Shown here in pieces: positions 9,701-18,709 of a stretch of 64,000 nucleotides of DNA. Under the pieces are notes generated by a model. It was given only the letters and a program-made list of their open reading frames with translations. It did no database searches and had not been told where the DNA came from. The stretch is taken from positions 3,486,928 through 3,550,927 of the forward strand of contig OZ271834.1 of the NCBI GenBank assembly GCA_965601465.1, given 5' to 3'. The position numbers were made by a program, and so were the translations under genes. How positions within the stretch are numbered: position 1 is the first letter of the stretch; every line of letters begins with the position of its first letter. Source of the stretch: Ekhidna sp. (lineage in GTDB: Bacteria; Bacteroidota; Bacteroidia; Cytophagales; Cyclobacteriaceae).

Positions 9701-11033
9701 ACCAAAAATCCCCAAGGTAGGTATCCGGATCATTAAACTCATTTGGGTTCTGCATATTTCTTATCCCAAGGCCATCCGCTCTGTTGTCAGAACTACATCT
9801 CCAATTTACGACTCCACCCCTTTCATAATACTCCACTGCCGAACCGAAAATATCACTAAAGGATTCATTCAAAGCACCGGATTCAAGTCTGTATATTAAT
9901 CCTGAAGAGTGCATAGTAACCGCATGCGCAAGTTCATGCGCACATACATCCAACGGAGAGTAAATACCGTTTACTCCATCACCATTACCGAAGGTTAGAG
10001 CCTCACCATTCCAAAAGGCATTATTTCTTGTGGTTCCATTGGTATATACCAACACATCGCCTCGCTGATTGTCAATACCACTCCAACCGTACGTTTCATT
10101 GAAGTATCTTGCTGATGTTGATACTCCATAATGAGCTTGAGTACCTGTATCTAGTTCCACTTCCCAAAAAGTATCGTTGTGAGACCAGTTCGTAGCTGCA
10201 CCGTAATCATCGCCACCATTAAGGTTATATGTATGAACGGATGCACCTCCAATATCTTCGACCATTAAAATATATGTCCCCGGAACATCCTCGTACGTAT
10301 TGATCGCTTGCTCTCCGTCATAAGCCGTTACGGCGGTTCCCGGAGTATCAGTATGATGTATTCTGCTTTCTGTTCCTAATTCTTCGTTATTCATGGAAAT
10401 GTAGACGTACGATCGATACACTTCTCCATCTTGTATGCCATGTATTTCTACCTTCCAGCACAGTTCATAATCCATGTCTTGTTTACTGTACTCCGGACTG
10501 TAATATACCATTTCAGGTGCTTGAGCTTTAAAATACTTCTCAAGAGGGTGATTGGACTTAGCAGTAGATAAAGCACTTTCAAGAGATAAGGAGTATCCTA
10601 CATGCGATCCAAAATCCTTCACATAATGACCATTGCCCTTGAGCGTACCATCCGACTTTCTATGTAAAACATATCGTGTCCCCTCAATCTTTACTCCACT
10701 CAAATCCTCCTGTACGAATTTGTAGTGGGTAAACCCGTATTTATCGGTATCCTCCCGCAACAGTTTAAACCTGGATTCTCCCAACTTAAAAAAGGTAGCA
10801 TTCGAAGTAAAAAATGACTCCGGGTCGGTTACAGAGAAATCCTCAGTTTCCTCAAACTCATGCCACTCTTGCGCCGTGCCAGTCGTTTGACTAAGTTGGG
10901 GCTGTGCAGATAATTGTATACTGAACACACTAAATGCCAGAAGAATCCCTATCCTCTTAAGTGACCGTGCTCCTAATCCTATAAATTTACATTTGCCTAT
11001 TTTTTTGTGATTGTTATACATCATAATATACAT
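6792..11033 (-). CDS. Multidomain M4 (thermolysin-like) zinc metalloprotease with beta-helix and GEVED-like regions and a T9SS type-A C-terminal sorting domain
   Basis: Signal peptide present. HELAH lies at nt 9924-9938 and the downstream motif GALNESFSDIFG is the third M4 zinc ligand motif. The middle contains repetitive N-rich parallel beta-helix-like repeats. GETEDYTVQL and YEVEDYTINL are GEVED-type motifs. The C-terminus EIYPNPVSQEV...GIYLIKI...RFIKQ is a type-A CTD. Confidence 0.85.
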   Translation of the reverse strand: MYIMMYNNHKKIGKCKFIGLGARSLKRIGILLAFSVFSIQLSAQPQLSQTTGTAQEWHEFEETEDFSVTDPESFFTSNATFFKLGESRFKLLREDTDKYGFTHYKFVQEDLSGVKIEGTRYVLHRKSDGTLKGNGHYVKDFGSHVGYSLSLESALSTAKSNHPLEKYFKAQAPEMVYYSPEYSKQDMDYELCWKVEIHGIQDGEVYRSYVYISMNNEELGTESRIHHTDTPGTAVTAYDGEQAINTYEDVPGTYILMVEDIGGASVHTYNLNGGDDYGAATNWSHNDTFWEVELDTGTQAHYGVSTSARYFNETYGWSGIDNQRGDVLVYTNGTTRNNAFWNGEALTFGNGDGVNGIYSPLDVCAHELAHAVTMHSSGLIYRLESGALNESFSDIFGSAVEYYERGGVVNWRCSSDNRADGLGIRNMQNPNEFNDPDTYLGDFWYYGAGDNGGVHTNSGVQNFWFYLLSEGGSDTNDNLDEYNVTGIGVGAAARIAYRNLTSYLGPNSNYFDAREGSLQAAEDIYGRASQEYASVAAAWHAVGVGSEVVASNDLGISNVEVVGQDCNQLNVTIKNFSITDAIDAGEMTTISIYVNDQLSIETNFVFLADLEPGGEVVMEQIVPLVNQYNHLLAEIFYETDPVVDNNSFELHAFSGSISIGQGQFFSTPAAALQALKQQNAAICGNIVFNILPGIYNEQLYISDIATDENHQLTIQSAEGEGTVFINYNTFRNIYGPVVLHDMEYVSIQGLNILNRGVSGNSIHLRGSVANVSIEKNHLDSFVGIQTLFFSPASNIEIRDNTFEYSDEGQGEIPGSWFLSSEQSDVIDGLTITGNRSYGTGGSSFTGLLVNNVVFSDNIFFHSGLRIVNGENMIITNNVIMRRLTVVNVQNALISNNTFLERSAFSNSDNIELVNNVFAELQYVDNTSFVRRDHNIYQLNGDLIRLDNQFYNLEELQQATGFDMNSFIYQPEYNEDLSLSENPANYIMQNGLPLQEVPLDIFGNVRNEYSPTIGAEELLTYCTNDGDTRYEFIRRVEIGEIDNTSGDNGGYADFTHLTTEFGIGRDAEIILHPGFNGASYREYWAVFIDLNSNRTFEPDERLFTGRSEANGTLSGTIHIPELLTPRSIRLRVVMDYDPITESCGEVNRSWGETEDYTVQLVEDFSYCTSYGNQVYNPWISRVQVGTIDRSSYDDGYSDYTSTSTDIQIDGSSTIPITITTAHDYAKQVEIYGWIDWNRDGDFDDFAETAFGIGTHTSGNMVLSSITVNQNAIAGPTRMRIAVGSAAMNYDDYCTQGNPLYEVEDYTINLMSGSANARSISTIEEKSDNEGEELETELVNPLEIYPNPVSQEVMVLTGDQKLKGKTAVVLSLDGKELMRHNLDGERNSLNVSRLAPGIYLIKIDSYATLLRFIKQ

Positions 11034-11318
11034 TCATTGATCGTTTAAGAATAGACAATACTTAAAACTTATAATTTTATTATCAAATGATAATATGATC
11101 TAACCCCAATGAAGACACCGTTTGTCTACCCGAATTTTATGTTACATGTTATAAACAAAACTTTAAGCAAAACCTTGAAAGTCATTCATAGAAATAAGGA
11201 AATCTAAAGAGTTGTAGAGATCCTCTTGGAAAGAGATGCTTTGAAGAGGTCAGCATTGTATTAAACACATTGACATTAAATTAGAATAGCTTAACACCTT
11301 CGTTCACAAGCTAGGCAA

Positions 11319-14300
11319 CTAAAAGAAGGCTGTTACCTGAACATTTCCGGTATGTATGGCAGCGTTGTCTTCTGACTTTCTTCCATTGTAAAGCAGAGAA
11401 ATCTGCATCCCTTTCGAAAGTTTTTGCTGCCAATTGATTTGCCAGGTTTGATTGGTGCCTGGTTGTAAGGCATCCAGTAGCAAATAACCTAGATAGGAAG
11501 AGGCATCCCCTGAAAAGCCTATTTGAACCACTGAAAACGTGCCTCTTAGCGATCCAATTCCTGTCTGATTCCATGTCAGCTCAGCGGAATAAGTATTTGT
11601 TGAGGACGACTCAGAACTGGATTCAATAAACTGATTGCGCTTTGTTTTTCGTTCAAAGCTTCCAATCAATCGAAGCACATTTGAGGGCTGCCAGATTAAC
11701 TGCGGCCGATAAGCATTGGAGATAATTTCAAAGTTTCTGGAATCCAGAAAATCTGATTCATTGAGCAAACTTCCCAGTGAGGTGGTAACTCTCAACGTAT
11801 AAGCCGCACTCAAATCTACTTTTACATTAGAGATCCACTCTCTTTTTTCTCTCGTTTCAAATCCTTGTACCAGCAACTGTTTATTGTCAGAATTTTGAAA
11901 GGTGAAATCTCCAGCGAAACCTCTTCCATTCCTATTGTAAAAAAGTGTATATCGTTTGCTATTTTGTGTACTTATCAAATTTTCATTGTCAAGATTTACC
12001 CCAAATGGATTTAAACGATCCGCAAACTCCTCTGAGGTAGTTTTAAAGTTAACATTGAAATTAATGTTGGCCGATAACCTGGAAGTAATGCCCTTCCAGC
12101 TAGAAGGGAATCGTGCATCAATGGTATGGAGATAGAAAGTTTGAAACGCGGTGGTATACTCATCCGTCGGGGTAAATATCTTTACAAAATTACGCTCGTC
12201 GGGATTGATTGCTTCAAAGAATTCATTGAGATCCTGTACCCCATCTCCATTCGCATCACGCCATGTATGGGTACCCTCACCAGTAGGTACCGGCAGGTAT
12301 ACAAATTCTCTTCTTAGCTCGCGACTGTTACCAGTGGCAAATGAAAAGTTGGAACGTAGATTATTGCGTAGCATCGATTGTACCCAATTGATTCTACCAT
12401 TGATTACTTCATCCTCACCCACGTTTAAATTCAGCTTGTCTTCCACTTTCCGATAATTGAAGTCAGCAGTAACACTTGTCTGTTTATCATTGATAGAATA
12501 AGATGCTCGCAGATTTTTTGAAAGTAAATAGTCTGCTAATTCTCCGTTTACAGGTAGGCGATCCTGTCTTAACTGATAGCCGATACGATAAGTGGCTTTT
12601 GAAGAATCAGAACTCGCCAGGTAAAATTCATTCGCTCGATAGTTCATCAGTGTACTCACAATGCTGTCCCCTACAGCTAACTGTTGCTCGTCCATTTCAA
12701 ATACATAGCCTGGGGCCAACTTCCATTTTCTATAGCTAATGTCCGATCTCGATCTCAGCCAGTCCGACTGGCGATTAACCTGATCATTAGAAAGCAAGAA
12801 GTGTGTTGAAACCAATCGAACATTGGCCACTTCCTGGTTGAAGTCTACTTGTTGCTGCCAACCGTCAATTAAGGATGAGCGTTTTCTTCGGTTCAATGAA
12901 GCTTCAAATCGATTGGCCTCATCTTTTCTAACCCCTCCCTTTATAAAGATGATTAGGTCCTCGGAAGATTCATTTGGATCAGGGGTATAGTTCCAGTCCC
13001 TGTCAAAAAGTATGGGCCGATAACGATCAATAAAGGTAAAATCTGATTCATCATACTCCAATGAGACCATACCTACCCAATTGTATCCATTGATGAGTGA
13101 TGGGCGTCCGTTGGTTTGGAAAGAAACAAAGTATCCCCTGCTCGTATTATCATCATCCTGGAGACTTGAATATAAGTTTCGGTCAGTATTTGAAAAAGCA
13201 ACCTCAGACTTTAGAGATTCATTGGTAGTAAGCTGTACCTCTCCTCCTACGGTGATCATTTGCCTGCTGTTCGGGAGAGGTATAAAAGCTCCTGGTTGAT
13301 AATTGCCTTGAGATTGCCCTCCTTGTGGAGATATCCATTCATAAACCCTTCCATTCGCTGTGGTTTGGCTCAGTACATAGTCGCCATTACCAAATCCAAC
13401 ATCTGAGAAAGATGGACTAAAAAGTGTTTGTGAATCGTTCGTAGCAAATTGAAATATTGTTTGATCTATCCCATCCGCATCTACGGTATCTTTTTGGATG
13501 TAAAGCACTCTATTTTCAGAAAACTGCACAGAATCAAATCCAGTGATAAATGCTTGATCAACATTATCACCGAGTGCTCTTAATTGACTCAGATCATTTT
13601 CATTTAAGTTGAAGCCAAGACTGGTATTCGGATTATCACGCTCCCGATAATAGTTGGCGAATAGTTTAATTTTTTCAGTTGATACGGTCTGATGGGCAGA
13701 GATATTTGAACGACTGTAAAACTGTTCGGCATATTCAAAATCAACACGAATAATAGTAAACTGAGTGATTACGATGTGGTTATTGAACGTGATTTCTCCC
13801 AGATTGTAATCGATGACATAATCTCTGTCAAAACCTCGTTCCATTAGCTTGCCATCAATAAATACTCTTTCTGAATTTGCCAAAATGATGATGAAACGTT
13901 CTCCATTCGGACCCCTAAGCTTATATGGTCCTGACAAACCATCAATTGCTTGCACGGTAGAAGAATGGAATTTACCCTTTGAAAGTGCTCCTGAAACTCT
14001 GGATTCATGTTTCCACTTACCAGATTGTCCTCTATAACTTGCCTGTAACCCCTGTACATTCTTGAAATATCGAAGAAAGTATCCCTTATTTTCAGGTTGT
14101 TGGAGTACAATATCTCCAGCAGTGAGGTCAAACTTATCGTTGTAGAGTTTTATGAACACATTGTCAAAATCACGAATCTGTTGTGTGTTTCCTTCCGGTT
14201 GATAGGGAATGTTTTGGTCAGTGATGACCGCCGAAATATTGAGATTTTCATCAAGCTTTCCCTCCATCTGTAAGTTCAGGGTAGAGTTGACGAAAAGACT

Positions 14301-14768
14301 CTGACGATTTCCAAACGAAACGCCTCTTGAAATGGCACCATATTTCTGTACGCCTCCAAAATCAAAGAGTTCTTCCTTTTCAATGGACATATTACTTTCT
14401 ATTGGCCGTAATGGCCTTGAATCATCGTAAGTTTCCGGATTTCTATTGTGGTAAGATTTTGTTAGAACCGTAGATAGTACGCGATAACATACTTCAATCT
14501 CAGCCAATGAAGTATCCACCGAGATGGTTTTAGTTGAATCATTCCAGTCAAATGAGGCATCTACCTGAATGGACCCTGGTTCTATAACTACCGTGTCTAG
14601 CTGATAAGATGTATTTGTTGGAATGGTTTTGCAGATGATATTCTGGGAGTATCCATTGACTGTCGATAATACCCAGAAGCTAAGCAGTAGCCAAAGGCAT
14701 GGAAATGAAAAACGTGGTGCCTTCACCTTGCTTAGATTCAAACCATATATTTCCTCCCGCGTTTTCAA
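11319..14768 (-). CDS. Large conserved hypothetical protein, putative outer-membrane beta-barrel
   Basis: 1149-aa ORF with a signal-peptide-like N-terminus (FPCLWLLLSFWVLSTVNGYSQ), alternating beta-strand-like composition and a C-terminal ...VQVTAFF (aromatic terminus typical of OMPs). There is no ATG near the 5' end. Candidate starts are TTG 14768 or GTG 14726, both overlapping the end of the upstream kinase gene. Confidence 0.6.
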   Translation of the reverse strand: MKTREEIYGLNLSKVKAPRFSFPCLWLLLSFWVLSTVNGYSQNIICKTIPTNTSYQLDTVVIEPGSIQVDASFDWNDSTKTISVDTSLAEIEVCYRVLSTVLTKSYHNRNPETYDDSRPLRPIESNMSIEKEELFDFGGVQKYGAISRGVSFGNRQSLFVNSTLNLQMEGKLDENLNISAVITDQNIPYQPEGNTQQIRDFDNVFIKLYNDKFDLTAGDIVLQQPENKGYFLRYFKNVQGLQASYRGQSGKWKHESRVSGALSKGKFHSSTVQAIDGLSGPYKLRGPNGERFIIILANSERVFIDGKLMERGFDRDYVIDYNLGEITFNNHIVITQFTIIRVDFEYAEQFYSRSNISAHQTVSTEKIKLFANYYRERDNPNTSLGFNLNENDLSQLRALGDNVDQAFITGFDSVQFSENRVLYIQKDTVDADGIDQTIFQFATNDSQTLFSPSFSDVGFGNGDYVLSQTTANGRVYEWISPQGGQSQGNYQPGAFIPLPNSRQMITVGGEVQLTTNESLKSEVAFSNTDRNLYSSLQDDDNTSRGYFVSFQTNGRPSLINGYNWVGMVSLEYDESDFTFIDRYRPILFDRDWNYTPDPNESSEDLIIFIKGGVRKDEANRFEASLNRRKRSSLIDGWQQQVDFNQEVANVRLVSTHFLLSNDQVNRQSDWLRSRSDISYRKWKLAPGYVFEMDEQQLAVGDSIVSTLMNYRANEFYLASSDSSKATYRIGYQLRQDRLPVNGELADYLLSKNLRASYSINDKQTSVTADFNYRKVEDKLNLNVGEDEVINGRINWVQSMLRNNLRSNFSFATGNSRELRREFVYLPVPTGEGTHTWRDANGDGVQDLNEFFEAINPDERNFVKIFTPTDEYTTAFQTFYLHTIDARFPSSWKGITSRLSANINFNVNFKTTSEEFADRLNPFGVNLDNENLISTQNSKRYTLFYNRNGRGFAGDFTFQNSDNKQLLVQGFETREKREWISNVKVDLSAAYTLRVTTSLGSLLNESDFLDSRNFEIISNAYRPQLIWQPSNVLRLIGSFERKTKRNQFIESSSESSSTNTYSAELTWNQTGIGSLRGTFSVVQIGFSGDASSYLGYLLLDALQPGTNQTWQINWQQKLSKGMQISLLYNGRKSEDNAAIHTGNVQVTAFF

Positions 14769-17700
14769 TACCTTTTTTGGCCAATGCGAGGCCTATTCCA
14801 CTTCCTGTTGATTTTGTACTAAAATAATTCAGGAATATCTTTTCTTTTAATTCTTGTGGGACTCCTCTGCCATTGTCACTCACAGCTAAAACGCCTTTTC
14901 CAGACTTAACTTTCAAAGAAACTTCAATTTCTGCATGTTTCCCTTCTACAGATTGTATCGCATTTAAAACAACATTATTGAGTATCCGTCTGAAAATATC
15001 AATATCTGCTTCAATCAATATTTCCTGATCATAAGTAAGCGTAATCTTCACCTCTTCAGCACGATATAATCCAGTAACTTCTTTTACCAGTTGGCCCAGG
15101 TCAAAAATCTGATTATCCGGTGGTGGCATATCAGCAAATGCTGAAAAGGACTCGGCTATCTGACTTAGCGTATCAACCTGAGTTAAGAGTGATGTCAATG
15201 TTTCATGCTCCTTTGAGCTGGATTCATGCTTTCTAAGCATTTGTTGGATTTTCAGTTGCATAGGTGTAAGCGGATTCTTAATCTCATGTGCAACTTGCTT
15301 CGCAATCTCCTTCCATGCGGTCTCCTTTTGACTCTTAGCAAGTGCTTGCTTGCTGTCTTCAAGCTTTACCAGCATTTGATTATAATCTTTTACCAATGAC
15401 CCAATCTCATCTGTCGACTCATATTGTATGGGTTTATTCACCTCTTGAAGTGTAACTCTTCTGATCTTGGCAGCTACCATCCGCAGCGGTCGAAGCAGAT
15501 TATTCAACACAGCATTCCCAAAAGCTATGGCAATAATGAAAACGAAACCAAAAATGCTGATGAGATTCCCAAATACCTCTATCTGCTGCCTTCTCAGATG
15601 ATTCTTCGAGTCAAAAAATGGCATAGCAATGAATCCTGCGACGTGGTTATCTACGGTACTCAGCACTGCATAACACACTTTATAATCAAGATTGCCCACT
15701 GACTCATCTGCTATCAGGCTTTGATTTTCTTTAGCAACCAGCTCATCAAATACTATGGGGTTAATAAGATTTCCCTGCAAATTCAAGTTAAATATTTCGG
15801 GTTGACTTGTCGCCACCAAATGCCCCGATTCATTATAAAAACTCAGATCTGCTTGTATATAACTACTTATCTCAGTCAAGTGGTATGCCGCTCTTTCGTT
15901 ATTCACTTCTTCAATATCTGCTGACAAAATTTCAGAAATATATAGCGCTTGTTTGATATAGCTCCTGTCAATTTCTTCGTGGTAGGAAGTATTCAAGGTG
16001 TTTAACAGTGCAAAGCCGGTTATCAATAAAGGGATGACAAATGCCATTCCAAGATAGAGCTGAATTTTTCCAGTAAAATTCAGTTTAAATCCCCGCTCTA
16101 CAATGGACGTTAAAATGCTGAATACAGCAAAGGAAAAGAGTAGTAATAAGAATAAGAAGGAGAAATTGGTAATCCGATCTCTTGCATCGTATTTGTCCGA
16201 AACTATTAAAATTGTGCGGCCGTCTTCCGTCTTCACTCCATAGTAGTGTCGTTCATTCTTCTCAATTCCGTCTATATAAAGTCGTGTTCGTTCAAAGTCT
16301 TCATGCACTGGCCATTCGCCCTGTCCAAACTTGCTACGATGAAAAAGGATATCGTCACCGGCAAATACAGCGTAATCGAAATTATTGCTGACCGAAAAAT
16401 ACTTGTTGTCAGTAAGAAGTGCTGGATAAACATTTGATGGTACTCTTTTCTTTATTTGTAGGATAATCAATCCGACAAGGTCACCAATATTGATTTTACA
16501 GGTGTATTTAAATGCAGTACCTTCATCAATGAAATATATATTTTCATAATCCGATTGGTTCTCAGTAGTTAAAAGACTGTATTCTCTAACAAACCGTGAA
16601 CTAAACTTCAGCTCCTGAAAATCCTGGAAAATGATATCAAGGTCGTATTTATTAAAGTATGGAGATAGAAATTCGCTTCGTATTTTATCTTCTAAATCCT
16701 CTCTACTTCGCTCACTCGCTATAAGTTCTAAGTTTTCATTTATAGAGAGTTTTTTAATGGTCTGATCCAGGTAATACTCACCCAACACATCTCGTTTCAA
16801 AAGCAAGTAGTTGGCAAATTTCTTCTTAGCATCAAGAACAGCTCCTTCTTCATATTTATAGATGCAGAATGCCATTACAGCCGAAATACCTACACTTACG
16901 ATAAGAATAAAAAGCAAATTTGAATAGGAGAATTCCTTGAATGATTTGGCCCACTGGTAGCGTAAGGAAATTAGAAGTACGGAGATATGTACAAAACTAA
17001 AAGTGACTGAAAGCACATCAAGAATCGCCATAATAAGTCCTGCAAACAATGCTCCTATGATGGCGTGAGTAATAAAATGGCTTCTTCTGACAAGCTGTAG
17101 TGTTAAATAGGTGAAATAAAAGTATCCCGTACTTGCCAATAAGATACATACATAGGCTACCGCTCGAAGCAAATCAAATTGGATTGACTGACCAACATCA
17201 AGCGAGAGTTGAGAATTACTGATAATACTCCAGGCCACGTGAAGAACGACCCCAGAAAGAATGGTATTTATTCCACTGATAATTCCTACCCCCCACTTTG
17301 ACTTCTTTACATCTGACAAATACTTAGCGCTGGATACAATGATGAAAACTAGAATCACGCAATTGATTAATAGATCTCCCAATGTTGGGTTAACCGCTGA
17401 AGAAGTGTACGTTAAAGGATCAAATAATTCATACCGGAAAAACCACTGAAAAGCTTCGAATTCCAGACTTAAATATCTGATTAGGAAAAGTGCTACCAAT
17501 GCCTTCCAATACGCTCGTTGATTATGTTGACTAAAATTCCAGTATTCAACCAATAGTACAATCAATACGATCAGTGAAACCACCGCATCAACAAACTTAT
17601 TGGGTGTACTCTTCACATCGAATGATAGTATTTCATTAAACTCTAAGGCACCTTTTTTTATTGAAATACTCTTTGCCGACTCATCAAGAAGTCCACTCAA

Positions 17701-18096
17701 CCGTTCTCCCAGATATTGATTGGTAATTGAATATTTTTCGAGCAACTGGTGACAAGAATAATAGGTACAATTATCATCCTTGATTTGTTGAATTAGAAAG
17801 ATCCCTAAGTCGTTCTCAACAACTTGAATAGTGTCATTAGAGGTGATAGAAACGAATGGACGATTATCACTCCAATCTTCAAGTCGTCCCTTGCACAAGG
17901 TTCGCTTTCGAAATTGATTATCTAAACTTTTTCCTTCCTTCCAGTCTAGTAAATCCTGACTTTGACGATCAACAATCTCTTCAATGCTAGCAACGATTCG
18001 TCCCCGATTTACTTCTTTCCAATTAATAAAGAAGTGATTGATTAAGAGTGCCAAAAAACACCCTAGAAGTAAACCTATGGATAGCTTATGATTCAC
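14680..18096 (-). CDS. NtrY-like multi-pass membrane sensor histidine kinase
   Basis: The N-terminal ~650 aa contain many hydrophobic helices. An H-box (AKQVAHEIKNPLTPMQL) is followed by HATPase N/G boxes (NNVVLNAIQS, DNGRGVP, GSGIGLALAKK). Confidence 0.85.
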   Translation of the reverse strand: MNHKLSIGLLLGCFLALLINHFFINWKEVNRGRIVASIEEIVDRQSQDLLDWKEGKSLDNQFRKRTLCKGRLEDWSDNRPFVSITSNDTIQVVENDLGIFLIQQIKDDNCTYYSCHQLLEKYSITNQYLGERLSGLLDESAKSISIKKGALEFNEILSFDVKSTPNKFVDAVVSLIVLIVLLVEYWNFSQHNQRAYWKALVALFLIRYLSLEFEAFQWFFRYELFDPLTYTSSAVNPTLGDLLINCVILVFIIVSSAKYLSDVKKSKWGVGIISGINTILSGVVLHVAWSIISNSQLSLDVGQSIQFDLLRAVAYVCILLASTGYFYFTYLTLQLVRRSHFITHAIIGALFAGLIMAILDVLSVTFSFVHISVLLISLRYQWAKSFKEFSYSNLLFILIVSVGISAVMAFCIYKYEEGAVLDAKKKFANYLLLKRDVLGEYYLDQTIKKLSINENLELIASERSREDLEDKIRSEFLSPYFNKYDLDIIFQDFQELKFSSRFVREYSLLTTENQSDYENIYFIDEGTAFKYTCKINIGDLVGLIILQIKKRVPSNVYPALLTDNKYFSVSNNFDYAVFAGDDILFHRSKFGQGEWPVHEDFERTRLYIDGIEKNERHYYGVKTEDGRTILIVSDKYDARDRITNFSFLFLLLLFSFAVFSILTSIVERGFKLNFTGKIQLYLGMAFVIPLLITGFALLNTLNTSYHEEIDRSYIKQALYISEILSADIEEVNNERAAYHLTEISSYIQADLSFYNESGHLVATSQPEIFNLNLQGNLINPIVFDELVAKENQSLIADESVGNLDYKVCYAVLSTVDNHVAGFIAMPFFDSKNHLRRQQIEVFGNLISIFGFVFIIAIAFGNAVLNNLLRPLRMVAAKIRRVTLQEVNKPIQYESTDEIGSLVKDYNQMLVKLEDSKQALAKSQKETAWKEIAKQVAHEIKNPLTPMQLKIQQMLRKHESSSKEHETLTSLLTQVDTLSQIAESFSAFADMPPPDNQIFDLGQLVKEVTGLYRAEEVKITLTYDQEILIEADIDIFRRILNNVVLNAIQSVEGKHAEIEVSLKVKSGKGVLAVSDNGRGVPQELKEKIFLNYFSTKSTGSGIGLALAKKGIENAGGNIWFESKQGEGTTFFISMPLATA

Positions 18097-18135
18097 AAAC
18101 TTGAAGATACAATAATCGGGCCTTTAATAAGAGGA

Positions 18136-18486
18136 CTAACTCTTCCAAATAAGATACAGAAAGACCACTCGAGCGTAACGAAAATTGAGTGGAAACAAAA
18201 GCAAGGCTACACCCAAAATACTAATCAAATAAACATTGATTGGAGGGTCATTAAAAAAGAAGTAGAGAACGAAGGCCGTTGCTAAAAAAATGGCTGTAGA
18301 AAAACCATAGCTTACATACATAGCCCCATAGAAGTTTCCTGGTTCTTTTTCATATCTCAAATTGCAATTGGGGCAATTGACGTGCATGGAAGACATTTTT
18401 TTTAAATTAAATGTCGAATGAGTGAATATTTCACCTTCCTTGCAACGTGGACATTTAGCTTTTAAGACGCTCGATAAGACTGACAC
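18136..18486 (-). CDS. DUF983-family zinc-ribbon membrane protein
   Basis: CPRCKEG...CPNCNLRYEKEPGNFYGAMYVSY followed by two TM helices. The tracked ORF (to 18573) overlaps the upstream gene by 119 nt. GTG 18486 (VSVLSSVLKAKCPRC) is the more plausible start. Confidence 0.7.
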   Translation of the reverse strand: MSVLSSVLKAKCPRCKEGEIFTHSTFNLKKMSSMHVNCPNCNLRYEKEPGNFYGAMYVSYGFSTAIFLATAFVLYFFFNDPPINVYLISILGVALLLFPLNFRYARVVFLYLIWKS

Positions 18487-18709
18487 TCTTTGACGTTTTA
18501 CTGTATTTATACCAAAGGAAAATGAGAACGAATACAACGATGTATGGAGTAAAGAACAGAAACATAATGCCATTATTCAGTCCTTCTGCCATCGAGGTTT
18601 CACCTGCACTTACATTATTCTTTATTTGAGTCCTACACATGGCACACTGTGCCCAATTAATCATTGGTAGCAATAGTGCAGATAGAAGTACAAGCGTTTT
18701 TTTCATCAA
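18455..18709 (-). CDS. Small uncharacterised membrane protein with a CxxC motif right after the signal peptide
   Basis: 84 aa. Signal peptide MMKKTLVLLSALLLPMINWAQ, then CAMC (nt 18635-18646), a ~25-aa polar segment, one TM helix (IMFLFFTPYIVVFVLIFLWY) and a basic tail. It abuts the DUF420 gene with no gap. Confidence 0.6.
   Translation of the reverse strand: MMKKTLVLLSALLLPMINWAQCAMCRTQIKNNVSAGETSMAEGLNNGIMFLFFTPYIVVFVLIFLWYKYSKTSKSVSLIERLKS

Noticed and set aside
11311-11574. 87-aa ORF at the 3' end of the 1149-aa gene, and the 76-aa ORF at 26247-26477
   Set aside because: Both lie in alternative frames entirely within, or overlapping, strongly supported longer genes (the barrel protein and actF). 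They have no independent support.
18487-18573. Longer N-terminal extension of the DUF983 ORF (start at 18573)
   Set aside because: It would overlap the upstream CxxC-protein gene by 119 nt, and the extension (MALCFCSLLHTSLYSFSFSF...) looks like out-of-frame translation of that gene. GTG 18486, just before the zinc ribbon, is more plausible.
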